From Cyanobacteria bacterium P01_F01_bin.150 (GTDB lineage Bacteria; Cyanobacteriota; Cyanobacteriia; CAKZMO01): a stretch of DNA of 64,000 nucleotides. The translations under genes and the position numbers were made by a program. The first letter of the stretch is position 1, and each line of letters begins with the position of its first letter. The notes beneath the pieces are model-generated. The model made no database searches. It saw only the letters and a program-made list of their open reading frames with translations, and was not told where the DNA came from. Shown here piece after piece: positions 19,034-29,010 of the stretch. The stretch lies in NCBI GenBank assembly GCA_039189765.1, contig JBCCYL010000029.1, positions 6,494-70,493 of the forward strand. Direction: 5' to 3'.

Positions 19034-20254
19034 TCAGACTGTTGCTTTACTCTTTTCCATTGATGGGGCTGACGAAGGTACCTGAATTGCAAAGGTTTCT
19101 TCTAAATCCGCAAGAACAATGTCCGTGAGGATTTTCTTCGTATATTTACAATACATTGTTTCGGAAGAATTAAAGGAGCCGTTTTCAAAATACTTATTGG
19201 ACGGTGCGCCTCCGCCACACACGGAGAAGTACTCACATGTTTTTTTACACAACGACACTCCAGCCTGGATATCTCGGTTCATGTGCTTGAATTTTGGAGT
19301 TTGACACACCTTATCAAAGGATTGATTTACGATATTTCCTAAAATAAAATCGCCATAGACCTCACTGTCCATAGATAGAAGTTCAGGCGAAAATGTTGAA
19401 AAATCACCATTATAAGCAATATTAAGCATGGTGAAGGGCGTAAACTGGCCTCGTTGAATATTGGTTTTGCCCAAAATGGATTGTTTGGTTTCCTCTAGTT
19501 CTCTAATTTGCAGTACGCCAGGGTTTTCTTTGGTGAGGGCCAACATGCGTATCATAAACGCCTTATATTTTTGTGCGCTATCGTCTGACGACAACGAAGA
19601 TGCTTGGTGTGTGCCTTCCATTTCATCGATATTGAAGCCCACTTGCTGAATATTTTGATCTACAAAGAACTGAAACAGCTCATCAGGATAATCAAGACCA
19701 TCACGAGTTAGGACGGCAATAACGTGGAAAGGGATATTGTGCTGTTGCAGTAAACGAACCCCGCGCATGGTGTACTTATAACTGCCCAATCCTCTGCGGG
19801 TTAAGCGATAGGCATCATGTAAAAATTCTGGACCATCTAGACTCACACCAATACGGATGCCGTAGGTTTTGATTAAATCACACCATTGATCATTGATGAG
19901 TGTTGCATTTGTTTGGATCGCGTGGGTAATGAGGCGTAACCCCATTGGAGAGTTCTGATTCAGTTGTTCGATCTTTTCAAACGTTGTTTGGTAGAACTTG
20001 ACAGGCATGGTTAAGGGTTCCCCTGCGTGCCAAACCACTGTAAATTCTGAATCTAAAAACTGACTCTGAAACAGATGGGTAAAGATAGGTTCAAGCAAGT
20101 CTAGAGAAAATTCGTGCTTGAGATGGCGATCGGGTAAATAACAATAACTACAGTTCAGGTTACAAAAGGTGGTGGGTTGAATGATAACCAGTTGGATTGG
20201 ACCATAGTTTTTGCGACCATGAAACCATGTGGAGACGGTATCAAGCAAACTCAT
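19034..20254 (-). CDS. grrM: Cyclophane-forming radical SAM/SPASM peptide maturase, GrrM/OscB family
   Basis: IIQPTTFCNLNCSYCYLP (CxxxCxxC), WHAGEP, STFSPELL, and CKKTCEYFSVCGGGAPSNKYFENG...ETMYC. The ORF track starts at 20335. Confidence 0.92.
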   Translation of the reverse strand: MSLLDTVSTWFHGRKNYGPIQLVIIQPTTFCNLNCSYCYLPDRHLKHEFSLDLLEPIFTHLFQSQFLDSEFTVVWHAGEPLTMPVKFYQTTFEKIEQLNQNSPMGLRLITHAIQTNATLINDQWCDLIKTYGIRIGVSLDGPEFLHDAYRLTRRGLGSYKYTMRGVRLLQQHNIPFHVIAVLTRDGLDYPDELFQFFVDQNIQQVGFNIDEMEGTHQASSLSSDDSAQKYKAFMIRMLALTKENPGVLQIRELEETKQSILGKTNIQRGQFTPFTMLNIAYNGDFSTFSPELLSMDSEVYGDFILGNIVNQSFDKVCQTPKFKHMNRDIQAGVSLCKKTCEYFSVCGGGAPSNKYFENGSFNSSETMYCKYTKKILTDIVLADLEETFAIQVPSSAPSMEKSKATV

Positions 20255-20376
20255 AGGATTGGGGCGGTGTAAAGGACAACAAGGTAATATGTTATTCCTC
20301 TCTACAGTGTCATAGTTCTGTCCTCCTGAACACAAAACTATGACAGTTATTATCTTTATAATAGTATGCGAGCTTT

Positions 20377-20886
20377 TTACAGATTAAGACGTTTTGTCAT
20401 CCAAAGGGATTGGGGTTTGTAATCGAGCTGATGATACATGCTGAGGGCGATGTAATTATCTGTGAAGACTTGTAGGCTAATTTTGCGATCGCCCCTTTTC
20501 ATCGCCCATTGTTCAGCTTTGTCCATCAACGCAGTGCCGATCCCTTGTCGGCGATACTTAGGATAGACGTATAGCAGAAAAATGTAAGCGTGGCGATCGC
20601 CTTCAATCTGATCAATCGCATCCCCCAACCACAAACAGCCTACTGCCGTTTGACATGAGGACCGCGCAGATAATGAAAGAGTCGGTATTGGTGAAGGTGA
20701 CTGGATGTACACCCACCATAGAGGCGTATCACTAGATAAGTACTGATCGACCGTTTGGACAAGATGAGTGACGGGTTGTTTAGGATGAAGCTCTTGATAG
20801 GTCTTCTGCATGACTTTTACCAGAGACGCCCGATCCAAACTAGAGCCTCTGGTAATCTCATAACCTGGACATAATTCGTTAGCCAT
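20377..20886 (-). CDS. GNAT family N-acetyltransferase
   Basis: YVYPKYRRQGIGTALM acetyl-CoA motif; probable ATG at 20886 overlaps the stop of the upstream gene. Confidence 0.88.
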   Translation of the reverse strand: MANELCPGYEITRGSSLDRASLVKVMQKTYQELHPKQPVTHLVQTVDQYLSSDTPLWWVYIQSPSPIPTLSLSARSSCQTAVGCLWLGDAIDQIEGDRHAYIFLLYVYPKYRRQGIGTALMDKAEQWAMKRGDRKISLQVFTDNYIALSMYHQLDYKPQSLWMTKRLNL

Positions 20887-21136
20887 TCTGAACTGCGTCT
20901 TTGTCCGATGCGGGTGGAAAAGAGGAAAACTGAGCAATGGCCGTAGAGAAGGGAATGCTTGCCTGGGTAACACCAGAATTTGAATCACTACCATGCTTCA
21001 TGGTCGTTGGTTCTTCTATCGGTGCGGGCGCAGCTAAATCACTGGGTAAAAAGATTCGAGCACTCACTGCAATCATCGCAACCAAGAAAATTAATACAAT
21101 AAAGAATGGCGCGACGTACTGACGAATAAAGGACAT
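20879..21136 (-). CDS. Small single-TM conserved cyanobacterial protein
   Basis: RQYVAP + TM + SARIFLPSDLAAPAP. Confidence 0.75.
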   Translation of the reverse strand: MSFIRQYVAPFFIVLIFLVAMIAVSARIFLPSDLAAPAPIEEPTTMKHGSDSNSGVTQASIPFSTAIAQFSSFPPASDKDAVQNG

Positions 21137-21384
21137 ATCTCTAACCTACTAGTTGAACAACCAAAAAAGTGGGCTATTGCTCGAAGCCTGAATATCAGCG
21201 CTGTTGCTGAATACACCCTGATTATAGTACCAAGAAACTGCCCTATATTTTCTGGTTAGGCTCAAATATACTAGCTGTCTGGAGTTTTGCTGAAAGGTGA
21301 GTTGTAACTCAATGGTCGTTCAAAATTCAGAGCGCTATAAAATGCTAGAGGGCGATCGCGTTTATATAGCCCTGATACCTGGTT

Positions 21385-22965
21385 ATGGGACAAAGAGAAA
21401 AAACATTGGCGAAGAAGAAAAGGCACAATAAAACGGCTTTAAGCAATATGACTGTTCAGGCCTATTCAACTCCCTCTGCTTCAAAACAGGAAAAATTTAA
21501 CCGGGGACTATGGCGACAGGGTGACATCATTGAAGTAACAGTTGATGCGCTGAGTAACCGTGGTGATGGGGTTGGTCGCTGGATTGACTCAAATGCTCAA
21601 GCCAGTGTTGGGACTGATGCCGATGCTGATGGACAGAAAGGTCATCGAGTCGTCTTTATTCCTGATGCCGTACCGGGCGATCGCCTGCGTGTTCGGCTAG
21701 TCCGCGTTAAGCCATCCTACGCCCACGGCAAATTAGTGAATATTGTCAAACCTTCGTCCGAACGGATTAAGCCGAGCTGTATTGTGGCGGACAAATGTGG
21801 TGGATGTCAGTGGCAGTCCGTGAATTACGAGCGGCAGCTTCTGGCCAAATATCATGAGGTTTGTCAGTGCCTAGAACGGATTGGTGGATTTGATGCATCG
21901 TTAGTAGAACCTGTGGAAGCGTCTACCCATCTTGGCTATCGGAATAAAGTCTCCTATCCGTTAAGGCAAGCGGAGTCCAAGGCCAAGGTCCAGGCCGGAT
22001 ATTATCAAAAAGGCAGTCATAAACTCGTTAACCTTAACCAGTGCCCTGTCCAAGATCAGCGGTTGAATACATTTCTGACCGATCTAAAAGAAGATATTCA
22101 CACCCGCAACTGGTCTATTTACGATGAAAAACGTCATCAATATTCCCTGCGTCACTTGTCTTTAAGGGTCGGGAGACGCACTGGAGAAGTCTTGCTGACC
22201 CTCGTTTCCCGTGATAAATGCCTCAATGGTCTTGAAGAACAGGCTAAGCGGTGGCTGCAAATCTACCCTAACCTGGCAGGTGTCTGTCTGAACATAAATG
22301 ATCAGCGTACAAATGCCATCTTTGGTCAGAAGACATCTACGATTGCAGGACGGGGCTATATCGAGGAAATTTTTGCAGATATCTCGTTTCAGATCCATTC
22401 CACCACCTTTTTTCAAGTTAATACGGAGCAAGCGGAGAAACTACTGCGGCTTGTACAAAAAAAACTCGCGCTGACTGGAACCGAAAAAATTGTTGATGCC
22501 TACTGCGGCATTGGGACAATGACGCTTCCTCTAGCTCATCAAACCGGGCGGATGATAGGCATTGAATTTCACCCCGCTTCGATTACTCAAGCCTTAAAAA
22601 ATGCCGCATCTAATAACATTCATAACGTTGGTTTTCATGTGGGGAAAACAGAATTACTGTTGCCTCGGCTCAGGGACTTAGCTCCAGGATTTGGTATTCC
22701 CGATGTGGTGATGCTTGATCCGCCTCGCAAGGGCTGCGATCGCGCTGTGTTAGAGACGTTGCGATCGCTCCGTCCCTCCCGTATTGTTTACATTAGCTGT
22801 AATCCAGCGACCTTGGCCCGCGATCTGAAAATTCTATGTGCTCAGGAATCGATGGGTTCAGAATCTCCGTCCCAAGCTTACTATCAGTTAGAGTCGGTAT
22901 ACCCCTTTGATTTCTTTCCCCAAACGTCCCACGTTGAATCCGTTGCGTTTCTTGCTTTGGCATAA
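21385..22965 (+). CDS. rlmD: 23S rRNA (uracil-1939-C5)-methyltransferase
   Basis: TRAM domain, C..CGGC Fe-S motif, FFQVN, DAYCGIG, DPPRKG, YISCNPATLARD, FFPQTSHVE. Confidence 0.95.
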   Translation: MGQREKTLAKKKRHNKTALSNMTVQAYSTPSASKQEKFNRGLWRQGDIIEVTVDALSNRGDGVGRWIDSNAQASVGTDADADGQKGHRVVFIPDAVPGDRLRVRLVRVKPSYAHGKLVNIVKPSSERIKPSCIVADKCGGCQWQSVNYERQLLAKYHEVCQCLERIGGFDASLVEPVEASTHLGYRNKVSYPLRQAESKAKVQAGYYQKGSHKLVNLNQCPVQDQRLNTFLTDLKEDIHTRNWSIYDEKRHQYSLRHLSLRVGRRTGEVLLTLVSRDKCLNGLEEQAKRWLQIYPNLAGVCLNINDQRTNAIFGQKTSTIAGRGYIEEIFADISFQIHSTTFFQVNTEQAEKLLRLVQKKLALTGTEKIVDAYCGIGTMTLPLAHQTGRMIGIEFHPASITQALKNAASNNIHNVGFHVGKTELLLPRLRDLAPGFGIPDVVMLDPPRKGCDRAVLETLRSLRPSRIVYISCNPATLARDLKILCAQESMGSESPSQAYYQLESVYPFDFFPQTSHVESVAFLALA

Positions 22966-22966
22966 C

Positions 22967-23680
22967 TTAACGCATGCCGAGATAAAGTTCGCCGACTTTT
23001 GGATGATTTAATAGCTCGGGTCCCGGACCTTCAAAGCGATCGCGTCCCGTATCTAGTACCACTCCCCGATGAGCCATGGCCAGAGCTTTGCGAGCATTTT
23101 GCTCCACTAGCATAATCGCAGTTCCTGTTTGATTAATGTGTTGGATATGCTCCAATGTTTGGGTGACTAATGTAGGAGAAAGGGCTGCTGAGGGTTCATC
23201 CAAAATAAGCAAATCTGGATCGAGCATCAGCGCTCGGCCCATCGCTAACATTTGTCTTTCGCCCCCGGATAAGGTGCCTGCCTGTTGTCTTCGCCGTTCC
23301 AATAGCACTGGAAACACATCAAAAATTGTTTGTTTAAGAGAGTTGAGGGGCTGGTTGAGGATAAACGCACCCATTTCCAAATTTTCTTCCACCGATAGGG
23401 ATGGGAAAACATTGGAAATTTGAGGAACGTAGCATAGGCCCAGGGGCACGATTTGATTGGGTTTAAGACCTGCGATCGCCCTGCCTTTGAACAAAATATC
23501 CCCTGTATGTGGTGTTAGCAACCCAAAAATTGTTTTGGCTAAGGTTGACTTCCCTGCTCCGTTGGGACCGATCACTGCGACGAGCTCGCCTGGTCCTATG
23601 CAAAAGTTGATGCCCTGTAAAATATCTAATCCAGGCACATATCCGGCTTGGACATCAACAACTTCTAACAAAGGTTCCAT
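22967..23680 (-). CDS. Branched-chain/neutral amino acid ABC transporter ATP-binding subunit (LivF/NatE-like)
   Basis: GPNGAGKST, LSGGERQ, LDEPS, VEQNA motifs. Confidence 0.92.
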   Translation of the reverse strand: MEPLLEVVDVQAGYVPGLDILQGINFCIGPGELVAVIGPNGAGKSTLAKTIFGLLTPHTGDILFKGRAIAGLKPNQIVPLGLCYVPQISNVFPSLSVEENLEMGAFILNQPLNSLKQTIFDVFPVLLERRRQQAGTLSGGERQMLAMGRALMLDPDLLILDEPSAALSPTLVTQTLEHIQHINQTGTAIMLVEQNARKALAMAHRGVVLDTGRDRFEGPGPELLNHPKVGELYLGMR

Positions 23681-23730
23681 TGTTTTTCTAGGGTACGGAT
23701 TTTCCTGAGGCTTGCTAGAGTATGGCTTTT

Positions 23731-24960
23731 TTATGTCACGGCTTCAATTTCGGGAGTGCCATCCGCATCGATCCATGCCAACTGCTTGATTCCGCAGATT
23801 TTGGCATAGGTATGGGTGTCTACAGAGGATGTATGACCGTCAACCGCCACTTCAACTCGAACCAGGTTGGTGGATTCTCGAATGCGTTGGGCATGGGTAA
23901 AAGCAGCAGCGGCGGCATCGGCTGACTTGGGAATGACTAGCCAATCACTCTTGGGTGTGCTTTGGGGTAGATGGCCTTTAGAGCCTAATAGTTTTTGAAT
24001 TGGATCCATATTAACAACAAAGCCGATGCCTGGAACTCCATCGCCTTGTGGATGATAGGTTGCTAAAAGCTCGTCATAGCGACCTCCTTGACCCAGGAGA
24101 TCATAGCCAGTTTCGGTTTGGTTAATCACTTCAAACACAATACCCGTGTAGTAGTTAAACGGTCGGATTAAGCTAAGGTCCAAAATAAAAGACGGCAGTT
24201 TGGTGTTGGGATGCTCGGTGGACTCTAATAAATCCACCAACGTCTTTAGGTTGTTAACAATGGCCTGTTCGTCTGGCGTTAATTGGAGAGTGAACACTCT
24301 CTGTAAAACATCTTGGGGGGTTCCTCGCAGATCAAAGAGGGTTAAGGCCCGCTGTTTGAGGTCATCCGTCAACGGCATGGTTTCTAGAGCCAAACGATCA
24401 AGATTTGCGATCGCTGTACGAACCTTCTCTTGGTAGGCATCTGGGAAGGGAGATAGGAGCGATCGCGTTAACTTAGCTTCTCCTAGAACAAAGTGCCATT
24501 TTTTAAGTCCAAGGGCATTCAAGCAATCTGCTAACAAAAAGATAATTTCACCATCAGCAATAATCCCTCCTGCCCCCAGCAGTTCCACGCCGGACTGAAA
24601 TAGCTCCTGCTGACGGTGATTACTGCCTTGAGTAATGCGACGAAATACATTCGCACTATAGAATAATCGCTGTGGTAGCGAAACTCCTTCCATTCTAGTA
24701 ATGGCTGCCCGTGCAATCGACGCGGTCAACTCAGGGCGGAGACCCAGTACTTCATTCTCAGTATCGTGTAGTTGTACCACGGTCGATGGCTCCACTGCGC
24801 CACCCGCCACCAGAGTCTCTAAACGTTCCAAAGTGGGCGTGATGATTTGATGATAGCTCCAGCGTTGAAAAACCTGCTGTAGCCGTTCTTCAATCCATTG
24901 CTTTTGAGCCACATCTAACGGAAATAGATCCCTCGCACCTGTGGGTGGTTGATACACCAT
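23731..24960 (-). CDS. hisZ: ATP phosphoribosyltransferase regulatory subunit
   Basis: P.GARD, LRPELTASIAR, QSGVEL, YYTGIVF, GGRYD: HisRS-like fold without aminoacylation features. Confidence 0.92.
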   Translation of the reverse strand: MVYQPPTGARDLFPLDVAQKQWIEERLQQVFQRWSYHQIITPTLERLETLVAGGAVEPSTVVQLHDTENEVLGLRPELTASIARAAITRMEGVSLPQRLFYSANVFRRITQGSNHRQQELFQSGVELLGAGGIIADGEIIFLLADCLNALGLKKWHFVLGEAKLTRSLLSPFPDAYQEKVRTAIANLDRLALETMPLTDDLKQRALTLFDLRGTPQDVLQRVFTLQLTPDEQAIVNNLKTLVDLLESTEHPNTKLPSFILDLSLIRPFNYYTGIVFEVINQTETGYDLLGQGGRYDELLATYHPQGDGVPGIGFVVNMDPIQKLLGSKGHLPQSTPKSDWLVIPKSADAAAAAFTHAQRIRESTNLVRVEVAVDGHTSSVDTHTYAKICGIKQLAWIDADGTPEIEAVT

Positions 24961-25161
24961 ACCTTGACAGCCTATATTTTGAACATCGATAGCTTATATG
25001 TTTATAGCCCCATGGGCTTTAGATTTGACTAATGGTGTCGTCCATCCCATTAGAGGAGACACCTGCCTACCATCCTAAGCTTTGCAAGTAGACATTAAAG
25101 AGGGGCGTTTACCGCCCCGTATTACTCTATTCAGTTTTACGCTAATTGCCAAATGCCTGGG

Positions 25162-26172
25162 CTACTTTTTTTTGCCTCCAAAAAGACCAAACAATCCTCC
25201 ACCCGATTTATCCTTGCCTTTTGCTTTGACTGCTTTTTTCCCAGACGATGCTTTGTCTGAACGTTTAGCAGAACCTTTCTTCCCTTGAGCATTGATGACT
25301 GTATTAGAGCCTAATCGACGTAGCCCTGCTTGGGCAATTTCATCTCGGGGGTTGAGTTTTAGGGCTTGATTAAAATGAACCTTCGCCATTGTAGGTTGCT
25401 TATTCCTAAGATATATCGCTCCTAGACGACTATGGCACTCACTACTCTTAGGCTCAAATTTCAGCGCCTCCCGCATTTCCCGAATGGCTTCTGGAAATTT
25501 ACCCAGTGACTCGTGGCTTCTCGCTCTTTCTAAATATCGATCGAGAATTTCTTGACGCGTTGGTTTTCTTCCTGGAGTGCGAATCGGAGGCGTCTTCTTT
25601 GCCGTTGCAGAAGTTGTAGAAGTTGCTGTAGATTCAGGCTCTTCATTGGGTTGAGAAGGCGGAGATGGAGTGGGGCGAGGTGCAGGCCCACCGTCCTGAG
25701 CCTGCTTCATTAGATAAACTAGATTTAATTCACTGATTTCTCCAATAATGTCAATAGTTTCAGCTAGTGAATCGTATTGCTTACCAGAGAGAGTGGTTAG
25801 TGATGAATTATAAGATGATGCAAAATTATTGGTTCCTGCTAGCTGACGGGCTCCATCAGTGGTTAAAGAAATAGTTTCTTGCTGTTGACATGCCTGCTTT
25901 CCTTTTAACTTTAGCAGTAACGCATACTCGGCTTGATCTTTCTCTTGCGTCAATTTTTCGTAGGCAGGATTGACGAGTTTAGAGAGCAGTTCGTTTGCTA
26001 GTTGGCGTTCAGCTTCAGTTTTAATAGCGGAACTATCAGGATGGAGTCGTCGGGCAATCTTGAGATATCGCTTACGGATATCTTTGGGCGATGCATCGAC
26101 TGCCACGCCCAAAACAGCGTGGTGGTCTGTGAAATCATTACTAAATAATCCGCGTTCAATCTTCAAAGCCAT
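25162..26172 (-). CDS. J-domain protein with C-terminal TPR
   Basis: HPD motif in an N-terminal J domain, Pro/Thr-rich linker, TPR repeats. Confidence 0.9.
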   Translation of the reverse strand: MALKIERGLFSNDFTDHHAVLGVAVDASPKDIRKRYLKIARRLHPDSSAIKTEAERQLANELLSKLVNPAYEKLTQEKDQAEYALLLKLKGKQACQQQETISLTTDGARQLAGTNNFASSYNSSLTTLSGKQYDSLAETIDIIGEISELNLVYLMKQAQDGGPAPRPTPSPPSQPNEEPESTATSTTSATAKKTPPIRTPGRKPTRQEILDRYLERARSHESLGKFPEAIREMREALKFEPKSSECHSRLGAIYLRNKQPTMAKVHFNQALKLNPRDEIAQAGLRRLGSNTVINAQGKKGSAKRSDKASSGKKAVKAKGKDKSGGGLFGLFGGKKK

Positions 26173-26484
26173 GCCAGCGTCCAGGTACTTCTACGCTTGA
26201 TTGTTTAATAGTGTACTGTGTTAAATTACCACCCGTCACCTTGCCTGTGATGAAAGTAGTAGATTTTTCCATTCTTTATAAAATGGCTTTTCTTCCTTTA
26301 CATTCTTGGGATGGTGAAGGCCGGACAAAATGACGGATCTATTCTGGAGTCTTATGCTTTTGTCAGATTCTCTTCTCAAGAGTAGATAGTGACTTCGAGG
26401 CCCAGCATTTTGGTCGATCGGTTAAGGACTTTGGGAACAAGAGCTTTGAATGCGAATGGAATAGGCTCACGTGTCTCCAATCCT

Positions 26485-27318
26485 TTAGGAAAATTCGCTT
26501 AATGGTTGAACTGTACCCAAGATTTCGCTCATTCTATTGTGAATCTGGCCATTAGTTGCCAGAATGCGCCCCGACATAATGTTGAACTCGCTTGAATTAT
26601 AGGCAGTGACTTGCCCGCCAGCTTCTTCCACAAGAATAGCTCCGGCCACTAAATCCCAAGGGGAAAGCCCCCTTTCCCAGTATCCATCTAGATAACCTCT
26701 GGCTACATGAGTTAAATCAATGGCTGCAGACCCGGAACGGCGAACACCTCGGGTGAGATGGGTTAAGTGACAAAATTCTGCGTAGTTATTGTCTTGAGTT
26801 TCTCGACGGTCATATGCAAATCCAGTAACCAATAGGCTGTCCTTTAGTTGCTGAGTGGTCGATACGCAAATAGGACGACGATTGCAGGTGGCACCTAATC
26901 CTTTGGCTGCTCGAAAAAGCTCATGATGTGATGGATCATAAATAACGCCTAAAGTGGGTTTTCCATTGATCAGCAGACCAATGGAAACTGCAAAGAAGGG
27001 ATACTGATGGGCATAGTTGGTTGTACCGTCTAAGGGATCAATTGCCCACTGATACTTACTATTAGAGTCACCATATAGTCCAGATTCTTCTGCCAAGACA
27101 GCGTGGTCTGGGACATGCCGATTGAGAATTTCTAAGATAGCAGCTTCAGATGTTTTATCTGCAACAGTGACTAAGTCACCCGGACGTCCCTTTTCTTCAA
27201 TACTGGTTAATTTACCCCGATAGTCTTGTAATATCGCACCTGCAGCCAGTGCCGCTTCTGAAGCAATGTCAAGCAATATATGAAGTTCTTTAGGCGAAGG
27301 CGTTGACTGGGTTGACAT
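26485..27318 (-). CDS. suhB: Inositol monophosphatase family protein
   Basis: DLVTVAD, EE, WAIDPLDGTTNYAH, GSAA, PWD motifs. Confidence 0.9.
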   Translation of the reverse strand: MSTQSTPSPKELHILLDIASEAALAAGAILQDYRGKLTSIEEKGRPGDLVTVADKTSEAAILEILNRHVPDHAVLAEESGLYGDSNSKYQWAIDPLDGTTNYAHQYPFFAVSIGLLINGKPTLGVIYDPSHHELFRAAKGLGATCNRRPICVSTTQQLKDSLLVTGFAYDRRETQDNNYAEFCHLTHLTRGVRRSGSAAIDLTHVARGYLDGYWERGLSPWDLVAGAILVEEAGGQVTAYNSSEFNIMSGRILATNGQIHNRMSEILGTVQPLSEFS

Positions 27319-27404
27319 GAAGCATTAATGGATAGGGTTGAAAATTTAACGCAAATAAAATGTGAGCGACAAGTGAGCATGATGCTAGCGAAGACCCTGA
27401 AATC

Positions 27405-28028
27405 TTACTTTTTCTGTTGCCAAAACTCATAGGGAGTTTGGCGTAGAGGCTGGTTTGGATTCCAAATGCCAAGGCCAAGAACACGGGCGCGGTGTTGGGC
27501 GTGGGCAAATTGCTGAGCGTAATCGATGTAAGGCGATTGCCCATCCTCCAAGACCACACCCTCTGCAATTAAAGTGAGATTGACTAACTGCCCATCTAAC
27601 CATACGTAAGCCCATTGACGTTCGTATGGGTCTGAGGAATCTACCTCTTTGCCATTATTTCTATGGCCTCGATCACTAAAACTAAGCTGTATCGTTTGAC
27701 CTAGCAATAGATCTTCCAAATAATTCTGTGCGTCAGCGCCCCAAGGTTCTTGCCCATAGGCAGGAGATTGAACGCCGATTAGTCGAATGGTCTGGTTGAG
27801 GGTTTGATTGCTCCCATGCAATTGAACCTCAATGCTTTGCCCACTGACCACACGGGTAACGCGGGCACTAACAATGGCCTCCCGATCGTTTTTGACATTA
27901 GAAACACGGGGGGTCCCATCGATAGCTCTGACAGGATGGATTGCTTGACAACTGGACGTGATCAATCCGAGCAGCATAAGCAAGGCCGCGGATTTAGCTT
28001 TTATCTTACGGTCTTGCCCATGCCTCAT
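27405..28028 (-). CDS. Thermonuclease (SNase-like) family lipoprotein
   Basis: Lipobox-like ITSSC, IRLIGV, AYVW...VNLTLIAEG, AR..GLGIW. Confidence 0.82.
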   Translation of the reverse strand: MRHGQDRKIKAKSAALLMLLGLITSSCQAIHPVRAIDGTPRVSNVKNDREAIVSARVTRVVSGQSIEVQLHGSNQTLNQTIRLIGVQSPAYGQEPWGADAQNYLEDLLLGQTIQLSFSDRGHRNNGKEVDSSDPYERQWAYVWLDGQLVNLTLIAEGVVLEDGQSPYIDYAQQFAHAQHRARVLGLGIWNPNQPLRQTPYEFWQQKK

Positions 28029-28078
28029 TTTCTGGCGCCTACCAGGTGATTATAGAACTAATGGCCTAATCTCTCAGC

Positions 28079-28444
28079 TTACTCTTCGTCTAGAGGTAAT
28101 CCTCGAGTTACCTTCCCTTTCCCAAAGTAGCGCCCAAATTGTAGCTCATAGACTTCATCTTCGTCTTGGGTCTCTACCTGGAGATCAGAACGCGCATAGC
28201 TGACACACAATAATGCATACCCTTGCGCTTGTAGTTCCTGTGAGAGCCCCATTGCTTCTGGCTGGACTAAATCACCAGACTTTACTCGTACTGCACAAGT
28301 GGTACAAGCACCGTTGCGACAGGAAAAGGGTAAGTCAACCCCTTCATGCTCAACGCTATGAAGAACATAGTTGTCGTCCGGAACATTTATGGAGTATTCA
28401 GTTTGTTTTTGGCGGTTGAGAATCTTAATTTTGTGGGATTTCAT
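28079..28444 (-). CDS. 2Fe-2S ferredoxin with C-terminal extension (Fed2/FdC2 type)
   Basis: CRNGACTTC...LLC cluster ligands; C-terminal EVYELQFGRYF. Confidence 0.92.
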   Translation of the reverse strand: MKSHKIKILNRQKQTEYSINVPDDNYVLHSVEHEGVDLPFSCRNGACTTCAVRVKSGDLVQPEAMGLSQELQAQGYALLCVSYARSDLQVETQDEDEVYELQFGRYFGKGKVTRGLPLDEE

Positions 28445-28829
28445 AGTGCTTTTAGTAGTGACAGACAGTCCACATTTCGTCTGCTGTTTTACCCTGAAAC
28501 AGGATGGAACAGTGAAGTGATAAATCTTAGTCTAAGGGGTTTCTAGCTTCAGAGATCCCTTAGTTAAGAATGACTACCAATTAGCATCATCCTTTACTAA
28601 GAAACATTTCGGTTTTAAGAATGATCTGTATTTCTAAATGTAGCTATAAGTCTTTTCCCTTAAGGCTTTAAGGCTGCTTAGCTAATTCCTAATGATATTT
28701 ATTACAGTGTGTTGCAAATTTTAGTAAAATTCGAATTATGATTTTTTCGAAATGTGTGTCTATCGTTCCCATAACCTGCTAATATACATAGGCGCTGAGA
28801 AGGCCATAATCAGTTGTCAAACATATATT

Positions 28830-28917
28830 GGAGAAGTGGCCGAGTGGTTGAAGGCGCAGCATTGGAAATGCTGTTTACTCTAACCGGGTAACGAGGGTTC
28901 GAATCCCTCCTTCTCCG
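28830..28917 (+). tRNA. tRNA-Ser(GGA)
   Basis: Acceptor GGAGAAG/CTTCTCC, anticodon arm CAGCA-TTGGAAA-TGCTG, long variable arm, GGTTCGAATCC; CCA not encoded. Confidence 0.96.
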
Positions 28918-29010
28918 TTGTCAAGATTAGTTAATCGATTTTTGGGGAACACTTTAGCACCCCAGAAATCGGACACGCTGCACTGGTTTGACTGGCAGCA
29001 TCAGTGCTGC

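Noticed and set aside
19034-19092. Apparent overlap between the rSAM and HxD genes
   Set aside because: It disappears if the ATG at 18987 is the true start.
20377-21136. GNAT and small TM gene as members of the RiPP cluster
   Set aside because: They are co-oriented and adjacent, but look like common conserved cyanobacterial genes next to rlmD; nothing in the sequence ties them to peptide tailoring. Not fully excluded.
28830-29010. tRNA-Ser or tRNA-Arg as island integration sites
   Set aside because: No integrase and no duplicated tRNA 3' end seen; the flanks are housekeeping genes.
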